In this document: piece after piece, positions 1-10,795 of the stretch
Numbering within the stretch: position 1 is the stretch's first letter
Layout: each line of letters opens with the position of its first letter
Assembly: GCF_004010195.1 (NCBI RefSeq)
Contig: NC_057719.1
Span: 95,634,094-95,698,093, forward strand
From: Chiloscyllium plagiosum
Taxonomy: Eukaryota
Length of the DNA stretch: 64,000 nucleotides
Direction: 5' to 3'
The notes under the pieces: generated by a model
What the model saw: only the letters and a program-made list of their open reading frames with translations
Databases searched by the model: none
What the model was told of the DNA's origin: nothing
Program-made: the position numbers and the translations under genes

Positions 1-108
1 GGCTCTCTGCCTTTATTCCTGATGAAGGGCTTTTGCCCGAAACGTCGATTTTGCCTGTCCTCGGATGCTGCCTGAATTGCTGTGCTCTTCCAGCACCACT
101 GATCCAGA
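1..108 (+). mobile_element. Penelope-like pseudo-LTR fragment (family A) with hammerhead-like core
   Basis: ctgatgaagggcttttgcccgaaacgtcgatttt...ggatgctgcctga..tgctgtgc.cttccagcaccact; the same family recurs at 20677, 26350, 27416, 28673 and 33330. Confidence 0.7.
19..46 (+). ncRNA. Minimal hammerhead ribozyme-like motif
   Basis: CTGATGA-A-GGGC-TTTT-GCCC-GAAAC-GTC: core, 4-bp helix II, palindromic ACGT in place of helix III, GUC cleavage triplet. Confidence 0.6.
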
Positions 109-111
109 ACC

Positions 112-303
112 AGGGCTGTGGAACAGCCTGCCTGCAATAGTTGTAGACTCACCAACTTTAAGGGCATTTAAATGGACATTGGACACACATATGGATAATA
201 ATGGAATGGTGTAGGTTAGAGGGGCATCAGATTAATTTTACAGGTCGGTGCAACATCGAGGGCCGAACGGGCTGTACTATGCTGTAATGTTCCATATTCT
301 ATG
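112..303 (+). mobile_element. CR1 LINE 3' end
   Basis: Matches the 3' end of the long CR1 at about 38680-38864 (gtagactc.ccaactttaagggcattta...gtaggttaga.ggg..tcagatt...gggctgtact...ctgtaatgttc). Confidence 0.75.
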
Positions 304-304
304 C

Positions 305-655
305 ACCAAGATACAGTGAAAAATGTTGTTTTGCATGCTCCACAGGCAGATCATACAGGCAGATGTGTATTCAAACTTTTATATCTTCTGCCCAATGGAA
401 GAGGGTGGTAGGGGTCTTTTGTTATGTTGGTTGCTTTCTGAGGCAGCGGGAAATATCACTCGTGTCAATGGATGGAAGGCTGGTTTGTGCGATGGATTGG
501 GCTGCGGTCACCACTCTCTGCAGTTTCTTGCGGTCTTGGGTAGAGCCGTTGCCAAACCACGCTGTGACGCATCCATAGAGGATGCTTCCTAGGGGCATGT
601 ATAAACATTGATGAGTATCTTTGTGGATATGCTGAATCTCCTTAGCCATCTGAAG
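305..655 (-). mobile_element. Rex1/Babar-type LINE fragment (RT C-terminal region and 3' end)
   Basis: ORF 422..649 encodes SILYGCVTAWFGNGSTQDRKKLQRVVTAAQSI, typical of Rex1-clade ORF2 C-termini. Confidence 0.7.
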
Positions 656-1957
656 CTATAGTTAAAACAGTTACCTTCTGTTGTGTAACACTGGATCATG
701 GGAAACTCCCCCCAGAAACGATGGAAGTTAATTAGAATTGATTATTCACTCCTTTCAGAAGACTACATTACTTACACAAAGTTCATGTCATAACAGATCT
801 CACATGGTTCTGAAAACTGAACTTATTAGAATAGTTAGTTTCCAACAAAATGTTGTGGTTCATTTGCTTTCCTTTTCCTTCCTGTTCCCAAAATTGCAAT
901 GGTCTTAAAATGTGGCCAATGATTTTACTGTCTGTTGGCATTGAAGCCAGTTTCATTTTGAAAGAGACACACCAATGATTACTTCAGAGTATTTGCTTCA
1001 ATCATAAAGCAAACCAGAATCCGAGAGTGTATTGAAGTCTCTGATTGCCTTGATTTAATAAAACTAATCAGAGCTTTCACAATGTAAATTCTGCAGACAA
1101 TGAAACCAAAGAAATGCATCATATTTCAGGCCTGATTTATTTATCAGGTCCTGGAGAAGTAATAGATTTCACGAGGCCTAATAGGCAATCTATTTCATGG
1201 CCCTTAAATAATATCTCGATTAAAAAGGTATGTTTGTTAAGATAAAAACTAACTTGAATGTGGGGTCAAGAGGAGGATGAAGGTTTCTCCTGATCCTAAT
1301 TTAAACAATGTAAGCCAGTCAGTTCCTGCTCATGGATGTCAACACGCAACTTCAATGAGCTCAGATTGCAATTTCAAATTCCAGATCATGACTTTGATCC
1401 TTCTTGCTTTCCATCAATCCAGCCTTCAATCCCTGTTCCGTCACTCTCTGTAACCCTGGCTAATGCACCCATCCTTCTCTTGCATGTTGTCCACCTCCCT
1501 GTTTTTAATAAGGACTTGCCCGAGGGCTGCTATTAAAAATGGATCAGGCCAATCTCAGAGGCTTTTCACCACAAGCTGTTTAAGATTGGCCTTTAGCTCT
1601 ATGTAGTTACATCATTTAATAGTTATTTTGCCCATTCAATTAAGATATTTAATAGCAAACAGAGCAAGAAGACTTCTGTTTGTTACTTACTAAACTCTCC
1701 CCCAGGTCTGATGCTAAAATCACTTTTTTGTTATTAATTTACAGGAAACAGCTATCACTGACAAGGGCAGCATTTATTACTCATGCCTTAACCTGGAGGC
1801 AGTGCTCGGTCACCTAAAGGTCGACGACATTACTGTGCGTCAAAAGTCATATCTCGACTGAGTACCAGCAGTAGATAACCCTCCCTAATGCACAAAGTAT
1901 GTCTGGGAAAATCGTCTTATTTAAATATAGAGTTTTAGAACCTGTAAATGAAAAGTT

Positions 1958-2175
1958 TCACAATATCTTCCAATAGCTGCAACATGACCTTCCAACTCCT
2001 GTACTCAATACTCTGACCAATAAAGGAAAGCATAACAAACACCTTCTTCAATATGCTATCAACCTGCAACTCTACTTTCAAGGAACTATATAACTTCATT
2101 CCAAAGTCTCTTTGTTCAGCAACAGTCCCCAGGCTTTACCGTTAAGTGTAACAGGCCTGCTCTGATTTTTACTGT
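1958..2175 (-). mobile_element. CR1 LINE fragment
   Basis: Highly similar to 9875-10110 (caactcctgtactca.tactctgaccaataaaggaaagcata...tctctttgttcagc). Confidence 0.75.
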
Positions 2176-2244
2176 ACAAAAGCAAAAGAATAAAGTGTAT
2201 GTAACTCAACTCTTGACATTTTATATAAGCAACTCCTAATTTTT

Positions 2245-2575
2245 TTTAATTAATTCACAGGATGCGGGCATCACTGGCTAGGCCCAGAATTTATTACCTT
2301 CCCCTAATTGCCCAGAGGGTCATTAAGAATCAATCACATTGCTGGGTCTGGAGTCACATCTGGGATGGCAGCTTTATTCCGAAAGGACATCAGTGAACCA
2401 GATGGATTTTTCTAACAATGGATTCATGGTAATCATTGACTTAATTCCAGAGATTTTTTAATTGAATTCATATTCTATAATCTGCCACGGTGAGATTCAA
2501 ACCCAGGAACCTAGAACATTACCTGGATCTCTGGATTAACAGTCCAGTGATAATCCACTAGGCCATCACTTCCCC
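2245..2575 (-). mobile_element. tRNA-derived SINE, second family (LINE-like tail ggg.aataaatgctggcc...cccacatccc)
   Basis: On the minus strand it starts gggaagtgatggcctagtgg (A-box) and has gggtttgaatctcacc (B-box-like). Related copies at about 1735-1890, 12900-12990, 49385-49700 and 57200-57430. Confidence 0.6.
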
Positions 2576-2730
2576 ATAAGAATGGGTTAAATTAAAGTAT
2601 AGAATAAGCTACTGTGATATGTGGAAAACATGAGTGTCCAATGTAGAATGACTGGCTTAATCTGATTAACTTAACATTATGGGTTCTATCCATTATCAAT
2701 TCCAAGAGGGCAGAAGGAATTTGAACTTAC

Positions 2731-3496
2731 CTTAAATTCCTTCTCAATATTGGCGAGTACATTAAGCTCATTACTCAGCTCCAGAGCAGTAAGTACTGGG
2801 TCCTCACTGGACAGTGACAAGTAGGCAGGACTTGCCAAGCCCCTGTAGGCATTGATTCGAGATCTCGAGTGGCTGAAAGAATCATTCAACTGATTCTCTG
2901 TACACACCTTGCATTTGCAAAAATAGTTGTGGGGTCGGTCAATCCGGGCTCCTCTTCTCAGTAAGATATGAACTATTTCATATTCCTGGCAATGAGCTGC
3001 CAGAATGATCGGAGTGATATCATGGGAAAACCTTGTGCCATCTTCATCATAGGCGTAAAAATCATTGTACCCTGGGTTTCTTTGCTCTGGACTGAGAGCT
3101 AGTGTGTGCATTGTAGCAAACAGATGATGATTCAAGATGGCCTCCACAATTCGCACATACCCTTTACTGATGGCCAATAACAAACCATCTCCAACACGGG
3201 ACAGGTTGTCGATCTTCAGCAGGAGCTCTATGACTTCCAAATGTTCGTTAGCGACAGACAGTTGCAATGCGTTCTGACCCATGTAATCAACACAATTCAC
3301 ATTCAGTGATTCGGATTCCTCCAGCATCTTTCTGACCACAGGAACATTGCCGTATTCAGCTGCATCTAAAAACCTTTCTTCTTCAGGAGTTAGGTTGGTG
3401 GATCTGTCATTAAACATGTAAGCTGGCCCCCGGAATGCCTGTCTCCTCCCTTTCTGCACAGTTTGTCTCCGTGGTCTCTCCCCACCGAAAGGACTG
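2731..3496 (-). CDS. TRPC6: Coding exon 2 of a short transient receptor potential channel, TRPC3/6/7 subfamily (TRPC6-like): ankyrin repeats plus TRP_2 Zn-binding segment
   Basis: Translates as [33 protein letters not shown]...[23 protein letters not shown]...[14 protein letters not shown]...[32 protein letters not shown]...[11 protein letters not shown]...ANIEKEFK. Acceptor: pyrimidine tract ctttcttctcttatatttag ending at 3497. Donor: AAG|GTAAGT at 2731/2730. Length 766 nt (phase 2 in, phase 0 out), as recalled for exon 2 of mammalian TRPC3/6/7. TRPC6-type residues: [35 protein letters not shown]. The subfamily is secure; exact orthology is not. Confidence 0.93.
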
Positions 3497-4794
3497 CTAA
3501 ATATAAGAGAAGAAAGATGTTTTTAGAGTAGAAATACATCTAGCTTCATGCTCATTCAGCATTTCTAATTTAAGAAAAAAGGTTGAAATTCTACAATTTG
3601 CTCACATTTCCATATAATATTTAATGACATCACAAGGTGAAAGAGATTGTTGGTTCATTAGCAAGGTTTATTAGAATGACTAACAATGAACAATTACAAT
3701 ACTTTGCATTATTTTTATTTGAATCTTAAAACTCTGGTCGGTTTTGTACATTAAAAACTGTTGTTATGAAGTATTTTTGTGAACAACTTCAGAAGACTTG
3801 GAAAATTGGGCATGTCAACTGATTTAATTTCAATCCAGTTCTGAATTCATGCAGGATTAATTTTTGCATTAATTTACAAAAGAAACTAATGAGACTGTGG
3901 AATGGATAACCAGTGAAGCTGCCTGGAGAAGGCCCATCGACCCGACTTTAAATATCAAAACCAAGTGTGACATCAGCCGGACACCAACAATACCTTAGGA
4001 GCACACTGGGTCAGGCACATTCTGTGCTTATTCTGCCCCTCATGGCTGGTTGGTGGGACATAGACACTAACAAAAAGGGTATACTTTGTTTGTTTGGGTA
4101 AAGGGTTAATTAGGAGTGCACCACAAAAATCAGCTTCTGCATCTCGAGATGGGAGAAAATGCTACAAGTTACTTTTTCTGTTTGAAAGGCCAGAAAAGCT
4201 AATCAATATTACTGGGCCTTGGATGGCTGCACACTTCCCTCAAGAACTTGGTTTTATCTGCAATTCATTTAGCCTGATGCTGCTGAGCTCTTGCCTTTGA
4301 AATAGCTGCACCTCCCTTTGGGGCTAGATATTGTCTAATCCACCCGTTTCCTTTGTTCTGAAACCTGTTCTGGATTCAAATATGCACCTTTGTAGCAGGT
4401 GGGGCTTCAACTTGGGCCTCCCAGTTCAAAGGAAGGGACAGTGCCACAAGTACCTGTCTTACTGGAACTAATACATGACTGGTCATTCCGTCTGAAGTCC
4501 ACTCGTGCTAAAGCACGAAAGGAAATGATTTCCATTGAAACAAAGGTTCAACGGCATTCCTGAAAACTACTTTCCGAAGTGGAACAGTGTCCTGTAAACC
4601 ACTTATTGTCTTCCAAAAACAGTATTTTGGAATCACATTTTTATACGGGAGAAAACTAATCTGAATTATGTTCTTTTTAATTTTGCTGAAGCACTGCCAC
4701 CAGAGGCTAGCACCTATAACTAATTGTTAATTCAGTGAAATTAATAAATTAACATTTTCCCAACTTTCGTGTGAAATTCTGTTTGATTTTATCC

Positions 4795-5207
4795 CTGTCT
4801 GTGCATGTCTGTGTCTGTGTGTGCATGTATGTATGTTCATGTATGTGTGTGTGTGCACGTATGTGTGTCCATGTATGTGTGTGTGTATGTGTGTATATGT
4901 CCGTGTGGTTGTGTATGTAACTGTGTCCGTGTGTGTGTGTGTCTCCATGTCAGTGTGTATGTGCGTGTGTGTCTGTGTGCATTTGTGTATGTTGTGTGTA
5001 TGTGTCTGTGTGTGTGTGTCTGTGTGTGTGTGTCTGTGTGTCCCTCCCAAGNNNNNNNNNNNNNNNNNNNNNNNNNNNNNNNNNNNNNNNNNNNNNNNNN
5101 NNNNNNNNNNNNNNACCTGTGTCCGTGTGTGTGTGTGTGTGTGTGTGTGAGAGTACCTGTGTCCGTGTGTGTATGTGTGTGTGCGCGTGCGTTCGTGTCA
5201 TGTGTAT
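4795..5207. repeat. Degenerate (TG)n microsatellite containing an assembly gap (N 5052-5114)
   Basis: Direct inspection; it accounts for the VC/TH-repeat ORFs. Confidence 0.95.
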
Positions 5208-5663
5208 ATTTCACTATTTTGCTGATCAGGCCAATCGTTCTTACAGCAAAGCATCATCTTAAAGGAAGGATAGATTCAAACTGATTCCTGACAGTCAGCT
5301 GACGGTTGATGGCTATTGTCTTTTAAAAGGCAAATGCATCAAATGTACATGTTCAAAAACAAACAAAAAAAATTTGTGGCAAAATTAACAGCAACCAGAA
5401 GTCATAGTAAATTGGTCTTTTAATGAGAAATTAAACAGAGGCTGCATCTGGCCTGTCAGGATGAACAGAGAGTGTCTCCATGCTGTGTCAGTTCATGTTT
5501 ATCCCTCACATCACCACTCAAAAATGGCAAGGTTGGTCATTCTCATATTGCTGTTCAAAAACGTGCTGTGCTCTAATTGGCTGTCATTCCTAACAATACA
5601 ATAGAAGGCCCTCATTGGCTGTAAAGTACTTTAGAACATGAAAGGCACAATTTAAATGCAATT

Positions 5664-5796
5664 AATCAAAGAACTGCAGACACTGGGAAAAAATACAAAA
5701 ACAAATTGCCAGAGAAACTCAACAAGTCTAGCAGCATCTGTGGAGAGGAAGCAAAGTCAATGTTTTGAGTCAAGTGACCCTTATTCAGAACTGAAG
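5664..5796 (-). mobile_element. Penelope-like pseudo-LTR fragment (family C) with 14-bp target-site duplication
   Basis: gagaaactca.ca.gtct.gcagcatctgtggagag...gacccttattcagaac, flanked by ATTTAAATGCAATT at 5650-5663 and 5797-5810. Confidence 0.65.
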
Positions 5797-6734
5797 ATTT
5801 AAATGCAATTTGTTCTTTGTTCAAAATCCATATTCAACCTTAAAATCAAAATGTTAAAGAAGAAATAATGCAGATTAATATAACTTTACCAAAATCCTGC
5901 TGTAGGAAGAGGTGTGTGTTTGGACTAAGTACTGCATTATATTATCAAGCAGATTTGGGCAATGTGACAGAGCTGGAAACGGGTGGTTTCAGTTATTGTT
6001 GGGAGCTCATCCTGGGGTTAAAAAGACTCAAAGGCCATAAATTTTCAGTAGTGCTTTGGACAGAGCAGGAGGCAAGGTTGAGATAAAAATAACCGCTTAG
6101 CTGGAAATCCCACCTCCATTTCTGACCCCAGCCACTTTCCCCAAGAAGAGGAGTGAAAGCTGGTCACAATGAGCTTGGTCTTATTTGAAACCGAGCTGAA
6201 ACCATCGTGGGGCTCATCTCCAGTACATTTGTACATTTACAGAAACACGGCCAGAGTTCTGTTGCTGCTTGTTTTCAGACAAGCTGCATGAAGAATTGTG
6301 TAAATGGGGGGACAAATAGTTCAAAAATAATGTTTACTTGCAGTATACCCACATTCTAACTGCATCCATATATGTTAATTTTGTTCAATGCAGCAAGTGT
6401 TCAATTTTTGAGAGATGTTTGATGATGAAGATGATTTAAGTTTAGAAGGTGAATTTCTTTCCAATGAAAGGTTATTGGAGAACCATGTTTTAAACGTTTA
6501 TGTCCCAAAACCTAAATATTAATGTTCTTTTTTTTCTTTTAGCAGCAATTCCTTATTTTAGAAATGACACCTCTCTCCTCCATGTCTTAATCCCATCAAG
6601 CAGTGTTCCCAAAGTGAGAACCAGCCTTTGTTTCTGACATTCAAGAATCCAGTGATAAAGGGATTATTATATAGAAGCTCTAACTCGAGACTCATATCTC
6701 TTAAAGAATTAATAGTCTCAAAGTTTGACTCTCT

Positions 6735-6945
6735 TTAGTGATTGGAACCGAGGCCAGATGGAATTTAATGATTATGGATTTCCCAGATTGGCCCAGATTA
6801 ACAGCCCCAATCAGGGGAGCTCTGGCTGACAGATAATAACCAGGAGATTCAGGAAGCCTCCTCAGTCCTGGCACTGAATCTGAGCTGGCTGGTCACTGCC
6901 CATGTAAATAAAGGGTGACCTGGTGTGTCTGTGGGATGTTGCTAT
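6735..6945 (+). mobile_element. Solo LTR (same family as 56794-57019)
   Basis: Shares tagtgattggaac.gagg, ccaatcaggg.agc..tggctgacagata and cccatgtaaataaagg.tgac with the 56.8-kb copy. Confidence 0.55.
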
Positions 6946-8252
6946 ATTGGAACAGTTAATTAGTAAATGTTACTGGATCTATTATTCTGTTAAGTTTAAA
7001 TAAATTGTGTTTTGCTTAATGCGAAGTAATTTGACCACTCGCATTGCATCTGGAACAGACACATTCCATCTGCCTTTAAAATAAGAAAAGTTTAGGGGTC
7101 TGGTCTGATCCATAACGTGTATCATAGGTGGGTGGTCACAGGGCATTAAATGGGATGGAGGGTACGAGGGGCCATAAGTCAGCAATTAATTGGCAGGGGG
7201 CATGATGAACTATTGTGGCAGATGAGATGTAGAGAAGGTTAAAGGGCTTATCAGCTTCTGAAACAACTGATATGACGCTGTAAAGTTCCAGGCTGGCCTT
7301 CGAAGCAGCCTGTCCCAATACTGATCCACCCCACTGCAGACATCCCTGTCCCGTCCTGCTTTCACACTCAGTGGGTCCAACAATAACCACTTTCAAAAGC
7401 AAACATCAGTGGGATTCTGGGTATTTTTATAACCAGGTTACATTTGGGGATGAGCCAACTGCCTCAATAATAAAAATCCATCGCTCCATGCACCAATTCA
7501 GAAAACCAACCTCTCAACTTCATATTTGTAAATCTCCCTTTATTACACTTAGTTATTGATAACTGAGCAGTTTTTTAAAAAATATTCTCTGCATCTAGCT
7601 CTCTAAAAGGTACAAATGGCTTAAATTTCTGGCTTCTCCAACTGACACTGTCTTCAGTGATATACTTTCACTTCAAGCAAATTATGGATTTTCATATTTT
7701 GAATCAAAGTACTATCAATTTCTCCTCATTTCGTTTTCACATATTTAATTATGATTGAATGAGGTACTCAAATTTTTAAAAGTACAATCAATTTGCTGTG
7801 AGATTAACAGTATTGCCATGCTTTGTTCGCTGTATTGAAGTAATTAAAATGAAGTTTCTGCAGTGAAAATAAATGATTCTCAAAGTGATGTGTGATTTTA
7901 CATGATTTCGTAATGGATTCCAGTGGAGATACCAAAGGAAACACAGCCGGAGGTTTGACAGTGTTAATGTGTACATCAATCCCATCTTCCTTGGGACTGT
8001 TCAATGGCACCCAATATATGGCACATTATTTCATAAGTAAAAGTGCCTTAATCCTGCATTTTGAATGGCAGATTTCACAAGCTTATTCAATTTTAAATTG
8101 TCTGTTTAATTTCTGGGAAAATCAAATACAGAAGGCCTCTCTGACTTACTTCAAATTAGGATTATTATAAAGAGGAGATGTCCAAGTGAAGATGCTTTTT
8201 GAGCAAGGTGTGAAGTTGTTAAAGGCCAGGGAAAAAGAGAGAAAAATAATAA

Positions 8253-8382
8253 TTGAAATAACTCCACAGAGGCCGGTATCTAGTGTCCAAGTCACTCTTC
8301 ATTTACACATGAACAGCCCTTGACTTTAGTATTGCTTCATTCAGAGTCAGCTATTAGAGGGTCAGCATCTCTGACACTCCCC
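8253..8382 (-). mobile_element. Solo LTR 3' half (same family)
   Basis: Reverse complement has atagctgactctg, gtcaagg, tgtaaat.aa and ends gataccggcctctgtggagttatttca, like 56930-57019. Confidence 0.55.
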
Positions 8383-8414
8383 TTTGAGGGCAGCAATCTA
8401 AAGACACAAATGAT

Positions 8415-8815
8415 TGGAAGGATTAGAAGAATGAGGGGGGATCTGACTGAAATTTACAGAATACTGAATGGCCTGGACATTGGGAAGATGTTTCCATTGG
8501 CAGGAGAGACAAGGATCTGGGAGCACAGTCATAGCGTAAAGGGAAGATCCTTTATAACGGAGATAAGGAGAAACTTCTTCAGCCAGAGAGTGATGAATCT
8601 GCGGAATTCACTGCCACAGAAGGCTGCGAAGGCTGGGACATTGAGTGTATTTAAGACAGAGATAGATAGGTTCTTGATTGTCAAGGGGATCAAAAGTTAC
8701 AGGGAGAAAGCGGGAGAACGGGGTTGAGAAACCTATCAGCCATTTTCGAATGGTGGAGCAGACTCAATGGGCTGAATAGCCTCATTTTTGCTCCTATGTC
8801 TGACGGTGTTATGGA
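8415..8815 (+). mobile_element. CR1 LINE 3' end
   Basis: RRMRGDLTEIYRILNGLD...RRNFFSQRVMNLRNSLP...FKTEIDRFL, the CR1 ORF2 C-terminus. Confidence 0.8.
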
Positions 8816-8819
8816 CTGG

Positions 8820-9200
8820 TTCCATTTTATCAATTCCTATTTGTACCATCCAAGCAAGTTTTCCTTTACACAAAACCATGGCAACTCTGCCTGACTGTTA
8901 AGATGTTTTTAAATGTCTTGATCCTATCTTTCTTTTTAAGAATAGATTCAAGCATTTTCACAAGATAGAATGTTAGGTCAAGTAGCCTGTAGTTTCCTGC
9001 TTCACCTCCCCCTCCCCTCTGCTCCACCCTCACCACTTCCTTATACAGATATGTTACATTTGTAGTTTTCCAAATCTTCTGGGATGTTTTCAGTATTGAA
9101 AACTTATAACCTAATGCATCCAGTATTTCTTTATTCAATTCTGTTCAAACCATGGGATGCAGACAATCAGGTCCTCAGGATTGGTCAGGCACAGGGGCAG
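8820..9200 (-). mobile_element. Old CR1 RT fragment
   Basis: WKTTNVT.LYK...GNYR...LT...KMLESILK...QSCHGF motifs in ORF 8866..9138. Confidence 0.65.
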
Positions 9201-9227
9201 GCAATGGTGTAGTGACATTGTCACTGG

Positions 9228-10366
9228 ACTCTTAAATGTTACAATTGTACCAGCCTCCACCACTTCCTCTGGCAGCTCATTCCATACATGTACCACCCTC
9301 TGTGTGTCCCTTTTATATCTTTTCCCTCTCATCCTAAACCTATGCCCTCTGGTTCTGGACTCCCCAACTCCAGGGAAAAGACTTTGCCTATTTACCCTAT
9401 CCATGCCCCTCATAATTTTGTAAACCTCTATAAGGTCACCCCTCAGCCTCCGAAGCTCCAGGGAAAACAGCCCCAGCCTGTTCAGCCTCTCCCTGTAGCT
9501 CAGATCCTCCAACCCTGCAACATCCTTGTNNNNNNNNNNNNNNNNNNNNNNNNNNNNNNNNNNNNNNNNNNNNNNNNNNNNNNNNNNNNNNNNNNNNNNN
9601 NNNNNNNNNNNNNNNNNNNNNNNNNNNNNNNNNNNNNNNNNNNNNNNNNNNNNNNNNNNNNNNNNNNNNNNNNNNNNNNNNNNNNNNNNNNNNNNNNNNN
9701 NNNNNNNNNNNNNNNNNNNNNNNNNNNNNNNNNNNNNNNNNNNNNNNNNNNNNNNNNNNNNNNNNNNNNNNNNNNNNNNNNNNNNNNNNNNNNNNNNNNN
9801 NNNNNTAAATCTTTTCTGAATCCTTTCAAGTTTCACAACATCTTTCCAATAGGAAGGAGACCAGAGTTGCACGCAATATTCCAACAGTGGCCTGACCAAT
9901 GTCCTGTACAGCCTCAACATGATCTCCCAACTCCTGTACTCATTACTCTGACCAATAAAGGAAAGCATACCAAACGCCTTCTTCACTATCCTATCTACCT
10001 GCGACTCCACTTTCAAGGAGCAATGAACCTGCACTCCAAGATCTCTTTGTTCAGCCACACTCCCTAGGACCTTACCATTAAGTGTATAAGTCCTACTAAG
10101 ATTTGCTTTCCCAAAATGCAGCACCTCACATTTATCTAAATTAAACTCTATCTGCCACTTCTCAGCCCATTGGCCCATCTGGTCCAGATCCTGTTGTAGT
10201 CTGAGGTAACCCTCTTCACTGTCCACTACACCTCCAATTTTGGTGTCATCTGCAAATTTACTAATTATACCTTTTATGCTCACATCCAAATCATTTATAT
10301 AAATGACAAAAAGTAGAGGACCTAGTACTGATCCTTGTGGCACTCCACTGGTCACAGGCCTCCAGT
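9228..10366 (-). mobile_element. Relatively young CR1 LINE RT/3' region spanning an N gap (9530-9805)
   Basis: DWRPVTSGVPQGSVLGPLLFVIYINDLD...ISKFADDTK...RDLGVQVH...LYRTLVRPLLEYCVQLWSP...RRLRGDLIEVYKIMRGMD. Confidence 0.92.
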
Positions 10367-10795
10367 CTCCAGCAACAGGACTGAAGTCATGTGCCCCAAA
10401 AGCTGCCACTCCCCTAGCCAAGCTGTTCCATTATAGCTACAACACTGACATCTATCCAACAGTGTGAAAAATTACTAAGATGTGCTGTACACAAAAAGCA
10501 TGACAAATCTAACCTGGCCAATTACTGCCACATTAGTCTCCTCTCGATCAACAATAAAGTGATGGAAGGTGTCATCGATAGTGCTGTCAAGCAGCACCTG
10601 CTCAGTGACGCCCAGTTTGGGTTCCACCAGGGCCAATCAGTTCCTGGCCACAATACAACTTTGGGTCAAGAGCAACGTCGTTGACTCTCGATTCCCTCTG
10701 AAATGGCCGAGGAAACCATTCAGTTCAAGGGCAGCTGGGATTGGGCAGTAAATGCTGGCCAAACAGTGACACCCACATCCCAGGAGTGAAGAAAA
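10367..10795 (+). mobile_element. Deleted LINE (CR1-group, different family) RT fragment plus 3' tail
   Basis: ccctagccaagctgttcca.ta.agctacaacactg...ccaattactgcc...cagtttgggttccaccaggg, then the tail gggcag.tggga.tgggcagtaaatgctggcc...cccacatccc. Homologous to 56605-57850. Confidence 0.6.

Noticed and set aside
2686..3459. ORF-track 257-aa protein as a complete single-exon gene
   Set aside because: The start is an internal GTG (Val) and the last 14 codons are intron read-through. True exon bounds are 2731-3496.
4693..4710. CTCF-like motif ctgccaccagaggctag
   Set aside because: Mismatches in the GGC core in either orientation.
4727..5284. Six ORFs rich in VC or TH repeats
   Set aside because: Translation of a (TG)n microsatellite and an N gap.
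9135..10421. 428-aa reverse-transcriptase ORF as an intact gene
   Set aside because: A 5'-truncated CR1 fragment inflated by 276 Ns and fused to unrelated flanks.
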